Of a stretch of DNA of 64,000 nucleotides, positions 57,050-64,000 are shown piece after piece. The DNA lies in NCBI GenBank assembly GCA_963828735.1, contig CAWHFW010000002.1, positions 416,001 through 480,000 of the forward strand. The letters are read 5' to 3'. Numbering within the stretch: position 1 is the stretch's first letter; each line of letters begins with the position of its first letter. The stretch comes from an uncultured Gemmatimonadales bacterium. Lineage in GTDB: Bacteria > Gemmatimonadota > Gemmatimonadetes > Gemmatimonadales > GWC2-71-9. Both the position numbers and the translations under genes were made by a program. The notes below the pieces were generated by a model that was given only the letters and a program-made list of their open reading frames with translations, searched no databases and was not told where the DNA came from.

Positions 57050-59017
57050 TCACGGCGATTGCGCGGCGTACGTCCTAAGATACTCGCGCAGCCCGTCGAG
57101 AACGGCCTGCGCGTAGCGGTGGCGCCCGTCGGCCGAGCGCAGCGCCGCCTCCTGGTCGGGCATCATCATGAAGAGCCCTTCCGTGAGGACCGATGGCATC
57201 CACGTCCCTCGCACCAGGGCGAGGTCGCCCCGGCCGATACCGAGGTCGCGGAGGCCCAGCCGGCTCAGCAGCGCGGCCTGGATGGCGCGCGCGAGTGGGA
57301 CGCTCCGAGGATGATTGTAGTAGACGCTGGTGCCGTTGTTCACGAACGGATTGATCCCGTCCGGCAGGCCATTGTTGTGGATCGAAATCAGCACGTCGGC
57401 ACCGGCCTGCTCCGCCAGGTGCACTCGGGGCCAGAGATCGACCGCGCTGTCCGTGGTGCGCGTCATCAGCACCTTGGCCCCTGCCTCCTCCAGCAGGCGC
57501 CGCAGCTCGAACGCCACACCCAGGTTGGCCTCGGCCTCGCGCAGCCCGGTGGGACCGGTGGCGCCGCCCGGCGGGTGGCCGGGGTCCACGGCAATGAGGC
57601 GGCCCCGGAGCGGCTGGCCCTCGTCGATCACCGGGGGTCGACGGATGTCCACGACCAGGTCGCTTCGATCCCACCGCGTCCGATATCCCCACACCGGACG
57701 ACTCAGCTCGAACGTCAAAGACACCTCGTCCGCCGCATCCTGCCGCCAGCTCATCCGGCGCACCAGCGAATCCGTGGCACCATACCGCATCCAGTCCACG
57801 TCACCAGAAGCGCCATAGAGCGTGACGACCAGCGCGCGATCGGTCTCATCGACACGAAACGGCACGCGTTGACTGAGCGGAATGCGCACGCTGGCCCGGT
57901 CCGCCGCCGGAGTGACCGTCACCGACCCGACGACGGCGGACGGTGCCGGCCCACCTCGAGCTACCGCTCGCGCCTCGACGACCGGGACCCAGGCCTCCGC
58001 CTCGCGCGAGAGACGGAGTCGGAGATCCCCGTTCCGTCGGCCCGTCACCGCGGCGCGGGTTCCCGAGGGGAAGAACCACGTGTACGTCCCCCCCGGCACC
58101 GCGCGCCCGACCGTCAGGCTATCCGGGACCGTGCCCTGCGCCGTGTCGTCCGTCAGCTCGGCCACCAATGGCATGCTGTCGAGCACCGCTACCTGAAGCG
58201 GCCAGCGTGCCCGCGCCGTATCCGCCCCGACGATCGCCTCGACCGTGGCCCACGCCGTGTCGACCGGAACGAGAGCGAAGGGCAGCGGCAGCACGTCGCC
58301 CGGATCGGGTCCGACCGCGCGGCCTCGCAAGAGCCCGACGTAGCGGTCGCGGACGACCGGCGTCCTGAGTCGCGCCGTATCGCGGTCGAACGCGCGCACC
58401 CCCGCCGTAACCTCGAGGGCGCCGGGCTGCGGCGTCAGCGGAACGGACGTGCCGTCGGACAGCCTGAGCCGAACCTGTGCGCCTTCGGCGGCCCGGACGC
58501 CCAGCGTGAGGTACTCTCCCTGACCGAGCCAGACGCGGCCCGACGGAGCGAGCGACAGTGTGTCTACCCACGCGGCGCCGACAGTGAGGCGGCCAGCATC
58601 GGGAACGACGCGACGCACCGGGTAGTCGAGTACCGCCGAGTCCGAGGCCGTCCGCGCGTCGATGTGGATCTGAACGAGGCTGTCGGTCGGGAGAGCGACA
58701 TACGCCAGCCACGCGCCGTTCGGCCAGACCCGTGCCGGCTGACCGTCGACCGTCACCTTCGCCTCGCCAGTGCCGGCGGTGCCGAAGAGAAAGCTCGAAT
58801 CTCGGATCTGCAGCACCGCGTCCGGCGGCGGGTATGCTACGTGGAGACCGAGTGGTCCGCGCACCACCGGCACCGGCGGCAGCGCGCGCGACGTACCCAG
58901 CGACTCGGCGAGAATCCGGTTGGCGGGCACGGGCACCGCGGGTGGAGCCGCGGACCCACCGCACGCGACCGTCAGCAGACACGTCGTGGTCAGCGCGACC
59001 CCCACACGAGGCACCAT
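57050..59017 (-). CDS. N-acetylmuramoyl-L-alanine amidase (Amidase_3), predicted lipoprotein
   Basis: Lipobox-like LTVAC; IAVDPGH, REAEANL, MTR, ISIHNN, PSVLTE zinc-amidase motifs. Confidence 0.9.
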   Translation of the reverse strand: MVPRVGVALTTTCLLTVACGGSAAPPAVPVPANRILAESLGTSRALPPVPVVRGPLGLHVAYPPPDAVLQIRDSSFLFGTAGTGEAKVTVDGQPARVWPNGAWLAYVALPTDSLVQIHIDARTASDSAVLDYPVRRVVPDAGRLTVGAAWVDTLSLAPSGRVWLGQGEYLTLGVRAAEGAQVRLRLSDGTSVPLTPQPGALEVTAGVRAFDRDTARLRTPVVRDRYVGLLRGRAVGPDPGDVLPLPFALVPVDTAWATVEAIVGADTARARWPLQVAVLDSMPLVAELTDDTAQGTVPDSLTVGRAVPGGTYTWFFPSGTRAAVTGRRNGDLRLRLSREAEAWVPVVEARAVARGGPAPSAVVGSVTVTPAADRASVRIPLSQRVPFRVDETDRALVVTLYGASGDVDWMRYGATDSLVRRMSWRQDAADEVSLTFELSRPVWGYRTRWDRSDLVVDIRRPPVIDEGQPLRGRLIAVDPGHPPGGATGPTGLREAEANLGVAFELRRLLEEAGAKVLMTRTTDSAVDLWPRVHLAEQAGADVLISIHNNGLPDGINPFVNNGTSVYYNHPRSVPLARAIQAALLSRLGLRDLGIGRGDLALVRGTWMPSVLTEGLFMMMPDQEAALRSADGRHRYAQAVLDGLREYLRTYAAQSP

Positions 59018-59060
59018 GGCTGCAAGGTACACATTGACTAAGACTTACGACAAGCGGACG

Positions 59061-59089
59061 TTGACGCTCCTCCAGGGGCGGCCTAGATT
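59061..59089 (+). promoter_or_regulatory. Putative sigma70 promoter of PP2C-ampG
   Basis: TTGACG-N17-TAGATT. Confidence 0.6.
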
Positions 59090-59137
59090 CGTGACACCTC
59101 CACGTCACCGAATGGATCATCGGAAGGAACCACACGC

Positions 59138-60157
59138 GTGACGCTCCCGGTCCAGGTGTCCGTTTTTGGCAAGACCGATCTCGGGCGGACCAGGGAGCAC
59201 AATGAGGACACCTTCCTGGTGGCCGACTTGAGCACCGGGAATGCCAGCCTCCATCCCGAAGTCCGACGCCACGAGGTCGGCCCGCGCGGATCACTGTTCA
59301 TGGTGGCCGACGGCATGGGTGGCGCCGCCGCGGGCGAGCTCGCCAGCGCGATGGCCGCCGACCTGATCTACCATCACCTCGCCACCGCCTGGGTGACCGA
59401 CGACGATCCCTCCGCCGATCGCTTCGCGTACCGGATGAAGGAGGCGGTCGAGCTGGCCAACCAGAAGATCTACGGCTACGCCCGGGAGCATCCCGAGGTC
59501 AGGGGCATGGGAACCACTGTCACCGCCGCCGGCGTCAACGGCGATGATCTGTACCTCGCGCAAATCGGCGACAGCCGCGCGTACCTCGTGCGGAGCGGCG
59601 AGGCCATCCAGCTCACGAAGGACCAGTCGCTCATGCAGCGACTGGTGGATGCGGGGGAGCTCACCGAGGAGGAGGCGGAGCAGAGCGAGCGCCGTAACAT
59701 CATCCTTCAGGCGCTGGGGCCGGATCCCCGGGTGAAAGTGGACCTCACCCACCAGACGCTCCGCCGCGGCGACACGCTCATCATCTGCTCGGACGGACTC
59801 TCGGGACTCGTCAAACGCGAAGAGTTCCCCGCGATAGTGGCGCGCAATCCGGAGCTCTCCGACCTGTGCGGAGCGTTGATCGACCTCGCCAACGAGCGCG
59901 GCGGGCCCGACAACATCACCGTGGTCGCGGCGCACTTCGAGGGTGACGGACTGCCCGAGCCGAGCGCCACCGAGGACGTCGGCTACGCCGTGTATCATCT
60001 GGCCGACGGCGACGGCGATGACGAACCCACCACCGTTCCCACCGTGTCGGCCCCGATCGCCGAGCCGCCAGCGATGATGGGCAGCCGGGCGAGAACCGTC
60101 CTGCTCCTCGCCGCGGTGTTCTGCCTGATCCTCGCGCTCCTGGCCGTCTGGCTCTGA
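59138..60157 (+). CDS. PP2C (Stp1/PrpC-type) Ser/Thr phosphatase with C-terminal TM anchor
   Basis: TDLGRTREHNED, VADGMGG, GMGTT, IGDSRAY, CSDGL, GGPDNIT; hydrophobic C-terminus. Confidence 0.93.
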   Translation: MTLPVQVSVFGKTDLGRTREHNEDTFLVADLSTGNASLHPEVRRHEVGPRGSLFMVADGMGGAAAGELASAMAADLIYHHLATAWVTDDDPSADRFAYRMKEAVELANQKIYGYAREHPEVRGMGTTVTAAGVNGDDLYLAQIGDSRAYLVRSGEAIQLTKDQSLMQRLVDAGELTEEEAEQSERRNIILQALGPDPRVKVDLTHQTLRRGDTLIICSDGLSGLVKREEFPAIVARNPELSDLCGALIDLANERGGPDNITVVAAHFEGDGLPEPSATEDVGYAVYHLADGDGDDEPTTVPTVSAPIAEPPAMMGSRARTVLLLAAVFCLILALLAVWL

Positions 60158-61347
60158 ACTCCGCTCCCGACGCCCGCCTCGGCGCCCGGTTGGGCTGGAT
60201 CGGGGCGCTCTCCTTCGCCTCCGGCCTTCCCTACTTCTTCTTCACCGAAACCGTGCCGGTCTGGCTGGCCGTGTCGGGCATGACGATCGGCGCTCTCGGC
60301 TTTACCTCATCGAGCGCGACGCTCCCGTGGGTGCTCAAGTTTCTCTGGGCGCCCCTGGTGGATCGCCTCGGGACTCGGCGCCTCTGGATCCGCATCTGTC
60401 TCGGCCTCCTGGCAGTGGTCACCGCGGTGCTCGCGGGTGCCGACCCCGTGCGGCACGCCGGGCAGCTCGCGGCGGTGCTCCTGCTGTACGTCGCGCTGTC
60501 GGCGACACAGGACATCGCCATCGACGCCTACACCATCGACACGACCCACGGCCGCGAGCTGGGGGTAGCGAACTCGGTCCGGATCGGCGCCTATCGCGCC
60601 GCGAGCTTCGTGAGCAGTGCCCTGCTGGTGTGGATCGCGGGCCGCTCGGGTTGGCACACTGCGTTTCTCGCGGGCGCGGGACTCTTCGCCGGACTCGCCG
60701 TGGCCACCCTCGTCCTGCCGTCACCGAGTCGCGCCACGGCCCACCCCGCGAGCCTCGGCGAGCCGATCCGGGCGTTGCTCGCCCGCCCCGGGATCTGGTG
60801 GGTGATCGGGTTCGCCCTCCTGTTCAAGCTGGACATCTCGGCGATGGAATGGATGACGAAGCCGTTCTGGGTGGCCAGCGGATTCTCGCTGGAGCAGATC
60901 GCCACCCTGACGACCGGCCGCCTCCTGGCCACACTCGGCGGGGCCGCGCTCGGTGGGGTCATCGCGAGCCGGATCGGGATCTTCCACGCATTGTGGTCGC
61001 TGGGGATGGTGCAGCTGTTATCGAGTCTGGGCTACGCGGCGGCGGCGGCTTCGGGGGCGGGCAAATCGGCTATCGTCGCGGCGGCGCTGTTCGAGAACTT
61101 CGCGGCTGGGCTGGGAACCGCCGCGTTCCTCGCCTTCCTCATGTCGGTGTGCGAGCGACGCTACGCGGCGACGCAGTTCGCGCTGCTCAGCGCCGTGTTT
61201 GCCCTGAGCCGAATGCTGGTTGGGCTGCCCTCCGGCACCATGGTAGAACACCTCGGCTACGCACGGTACTTCTTCCTGACATTCCTGATGGGGTTGCCGG
61301 CCTACCTCCTCCTCCCACGCATCCGGCACGCGTCCATCGGCGAGTGA
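60154..61347 (+). CDS. ampG: AmpG-like muropeptide MFS permease
   Basis: FASGLP, PWVLKFLWAPLVD, SATQDIAIDAY, YAATQFALLS; start either CTG 60154 or TTG 60190. Confidence 0.85.
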   Translation: MNSAPDARLGARLGWIGALSFASGLPYFFFTETVPVWLAVSGMTIGALGFTSSSATLPWVLKFLWAPLVDRLGTRRLWIRICLGLLAVVTAVLAGADPVRHAGQLAAVLLLYVALSATQDIAIDAYTIDTTHGRELGVANSVRIGAYRAASFVSSALLVWIAGRSGWHTAFLAGAGLFAGLAVATLVLPSPSRATAHPASLGEPIRALLARPGIWWVIGFALLFKLDISAMEWMTKPFWVASGFSLEQIATLTTGRLLATLGGAALGGVIASRIGIFHALWSLGMVQLLSSLGYAAAAASGAGKSAIVAAALFENFAAGLGTAAFLAFLMSVCERRYAATQFALLSAVFALSRMLVGLPSGTMVEHLGYARYFFLTFLMGLPAYLLLPRIRHASIGE

Positions 61348-61380
61348 GCTTGCCAGGTCATGACGACGGGGCCGTGCGAC

Positions 61381-61836
61381 TCAGCCGATGCCTCGCGCCA
61401 TGGCCGTAGCGGCGAGCAGCATGAGGACCAGCAACACGCTCTGTCCGTAGCTGATCCTGGCAAGCGCGGCCCCCGCCGACGTATCGGGAATCGAGCCCTT
61501 CGACACGGTCATGCGCCAGCGGATCAGTGTGATCATCGGCCAGATCTCGAGCGCGAGAATCGCGATCAGCAAGCTCATCTTGCCGATGAAGGCATGACTC
61601 GACAGGTAGTAGCCGGTCGGCTTCTCGGCGCCGCCCAGCAATCGCCACAGCCCGGTCCCCACGAGGATCAGCGCCGACAGCCCCCACCAGCTGTCGGCCG
61701 CAAACACACGCCTGAGCGCCGGGACGTCGAGCGGACGAGCCTCGAGTGACCGTGCCCGCGCCCACGAGGAGCCGAGGGCGACGCCGAAGCCGAACAGGTG
61801 AAGCGCCGCGAGCATCCAGCGCAGGGTCAGCGACAC
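61381..61836 (-). CDS. DUF2214-like membrane protein
   Basis: ADSWWGLSA..L..TGLWRL..AEK...YY....F..KM pattern. Confidence 0.75.
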   Translation of the reverse strand: MSLTLRWMLAALHLFGFGVALGSSWARARSLEARPLDVPALRRVFAADSWWGLSALILVGTGLWRLLGGAEKPTGYYLSSHAFIGKMSLLIAILALEIWPMITLIRWRMTVSKGSIPDTSAGAALARISYGQSVLLVLMLLAATAMARGIG

Positions 61837-61922
61837 GCGAATGCCGATCGTAGCCGGGCCGAGCCCGGCTCACTGAGGGTGGGCTGCCAGTTCACGGTCT
61901 TCGCCGTCCGGCGATCCGCACC

Positions 61923-63344
61923 TCATGCGAGGCGGCGCGTCAGCCAGCGACCCACGGCCTCCTGCATCAATCGCTGCCGGTGCCACGCGAGGAGCACCGG
62001 GGCATCGGTCGGCAAGTCGGGCAGCAGGCGGGGATGTCCGAACAGCACGATCAAGTCCGCGCCGGGCACCGCGTTCGCGAGCGCGTCGCGGGACTCGGAC
62101 GAGAATCCCGAGCGGCCCTTCCAGGCGCGCGGCTCGGCGAACGCGAGCACGACGCGCGAGCCCCCGCTGTAGCGTCCAACGTAGTCGGGGCCAAGCCGCT
62201 TCGCCGTCCAGTCGCTCGGACCAGGGGGATAGGGACCGCCGAGGTCGTCGTCAACCACGATGAGATCGATCGGGCCGTGGAGGGTGGGCGCGTCGCCACG
62301 CAGCATTCCCTGCTCCAACAACGCGTCCGCCAGCGCATCGGCCGAATCGAACGGGCCGCGGCTGACCGGCGGCGTCGGACTCGTGGCCGTGGCGAGCGCG
62401 CGCTCGTAGCGGCGGAGCGACTCGGCGAGCCGGGGCTCCGCCAGGGAGCCGCTCGCGAGCGCCTGGTCGAGCGCGTCGCGCACCCGGCGCGCATCGTTGG
62501 GATAGAGCAGCAGGTCCACGCCCGCCCGCACGGCCTCCACGGCCGCGTCGGACTCGCGGCGGCCGGCCAACGCGCCGTCCATGATGAGTGCGTCCGACAC
62601 GACAAGTCCGTCGTAGCCCAATCGGTCGCGCAGCTCCGCCATGATCGGCGGCGAGAGTGTGGCGGGCAGGCCAGCCGGATCGAGGGACGGGTAAGCGACG
62701 TGCGCGGTCATGACGGACGCCACGCCGCTCTCAACGGCAATGGCGAACGGCAGCAGATCACTCTCGCGCAGGGTACCCGCGGCATCGGTCACGACCGGCA
62801 TGGCGATGTGCGAGTCGACCGTCGTGCGTCCGTGCCCGGGAAAATGCTTGACGCAGGCGAGCGCACCGGCACTCTGGCAGCCCTCGATCCAGGTCCGGAC
62901 GAGGCTGGCGACACGATTCGGATCGTCGCCGAAGGCACGCGTCTGCACGATGGGATTGTCGGGAAGCACGTCGAGGTCCCCGACCGGTGCGAAGACCCAG
63001 TTGATCCCTACGGCGCGCGCTTCCTGGGCCGTTACGGCCCCGGCCCACCGCACGACCGAGGCGTCCCCGAGCGACGCGAGCGCCAGCGGGGGCGGAAACT
63101 GGGTGAGCCCCGTGACCTGCTGGCCGGCGCCCCGTTCCAGGTCCGAGGCGATGAGCAGCGGCCGCCCGGCCCGCCGCAGCAGGTCCGCGGTCAGTCGGCG
63201 GACCGATTCCACGGTGCCGCCGAAGATGATGAAGCCGCCCACGCCGAGGTCGAGCGCGTCCGCGATACGAGCGGCTTCGTGGACGAAGGCGCCGTCGTCC
63301 GCGGCGCGCAACGCGGGGAGAATGAGGCGACCGGAAAGGGTCAT
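61923..63344 (-). CDS. nagZ: GH3 beta-N-acetylglucosaminidase (NagZ-like)
   Basis: IASDLERG, KHFPGHG....DSH, VMTAHV, VVSDAL.M. Confidence 0.85.
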   Translation of the reverse strand: MTLSGRLILPALRAADDGAFVHEAARIADALDLGVGGFIIFGGTVESVRRLTADLLRRAGRPLLIASDLERGAGQQVTGLTQFPPPLALASLGDASVVRWAGAVTAQEARAVGINWVFAPVGDLDVLPDNPIVQTRAFGDDPNRVASLVRTWIEGCQSAGALACVKHFPGHGRTTVDSHIAMPVVTDAAGTLRESDLLPFAIAVESGVASVMTAHVAYPSLDPAGLPATLSPPIMAELRDRLGYDGLVVSDALIMDGALAGRRESDAAVEAVRAGVDLLLYPNDARRVRDALDQALASGSLAEPRLAESLRRYERALATATSPTPPVSRGPFDSADALADALLEQGMLRGDAPTLHGPIDLIVVDDDLGGPYPPGPSDWTAKRLGPDYVGRYSGGSRVVLAFAEPRAWKGRSGFSSESRDALANAVPGADLIVLFGHPRLLPDLPTDAPVLLAWHRQRLMQEAVGRWLTRRLA

Positions 63345-64000
63345 GCCGGAGTCACCATGCCGAGGACGCGTGCGCCGCCCGCTCCCGTGGCGGCGGGGAC
63401 GTTGCCCGGTTGCCCATGAAGCGTGAGATATCCGAGCAGCGCGAACGCGACGGCTTCCTTGGCGTCGCCCGGAAAAAACAGGTCGCTGAACCGCAAGAGC
63501 CGATGATCGCCGCCGGCGCGCATGTGCCGCTCGAGCGCGGCCATGAGGCCTGGATGATGGCATCCTCCGCCGGACGCGACCACGTCCACCCCCGCAGGAG
63601 TCCATCGCTGCACGGCGGACGCCACGCTCCGCGCCGTGAGCTCGACCGCCGTCGCGACGCCGTCGGGCCCGGGTACGCGCCCGTGCAGCGCCGCCGCGTA
63701 GGCGTCGCCGAAGCGCTCGCGTCCGGTGGTCTTCGGCGGTGGCTCCGAGAAGAATGGGTCCGCCAGTAGCTCCGCCAGGACGGCCTCGTCGGGCCGTCCG
63801 GCCGCGGAGATCAACCCGTCGCGATCGTACGAGCGCCGCCGGTCCACGCGCCCGGCAACGCCGTCGATCACCGCCACCCCGGGGCCGGTATCGAACGCGA
63901 GCACGCCATCCTCCTGCCCGCGCCGCGGCACGAAGGTGAGGTTGGCCATGCCTCCCAGGTTGAGCAGCACGCGCGGGCCGTCGGGCGAAGCGAAAAGCAG
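63341..64000 (-). CDS. anmK: Anhydro-N-acetylmuramic acid kinase (3' part; runs off the window)
   Basis: LLNLGGMAN, AFDTGPG, PPKTTGRERFG, SGGG, AKEAVAFA, ATGA. Confidence 0.92.
   Translation of the reverse strand: MLFASPDGPRVLLNLGGMANLTFVPRRGQEDGVLAFDTGPGVAVIDGVAGRVDRRRSYDRDGLISAAGRPDEAVLAELLADPFFSEPPPKTTGRERFGDAYAAALHGRVPGPDGVATAVELTARSVASAVQRWTPAGVDVVASGGGCHHPGLMAALERHMRAGGDHRLLRFSDLFFPGDAKEAVAFALLGYLTLHGQPGNVPAATGAGGARVLGMVTPA

Overview
High-GC (~70%) bacterial chromosomal segment, mostly core/housekeeping genes. The gene content (mglBA beside recR, a GWxTD protein, a Hanks kinase with TonB-C domain, tandem MacB-type permeases, bshB1-like deacetylase, class II RNR) suggests Gemmatimonadota; this is inference, not a database result. 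Order: giant membrane histidine kinase / creatininase-like; TolC-MFP-ABC ATPase-4 permeases; bshB1-iscS-mnmA-holin-like-ppk1; a long minus-strand run (SRP RNA, dnaX-ybaB-recR-orf-mglB-mglA-pgsA-cinA, grpE-dnaJ; pyk-MBL-pgi-fba-ytxH-yihY); ispG-ccdA-tlpA-secreted peroxiredoxin; fabH; amtB-glnK; VOC/DoxX; nrdJ; Ser/Thr kinase-gamma-CA; GWxTD protein, amidase, PP2C-ampG, nagZ, anmK. Roughly 9.7-20.2 kb is full of indels that look like sequencing/consensus errors rather than real pseudogenes. No CRISPR, rRNA, tRNA, transposase or prophage was seen. Best leads: (1) a peptidoglycan-recycling cluster interleaved with a kinase/phosphatase pair whose kinase carries a periplasmic TonB C-terminal domain; (2) an MglAB module with a ~32-aa MglA insertion and an extra small membrane protein; (3) an SRP RNA lacking the GNRA tetraloop; (4) repeated leaderless-type promoters and CTG starts in CTGA overlaps; (5) a candidate new GTGC-N7-GCAC operator at amtB-glnK.
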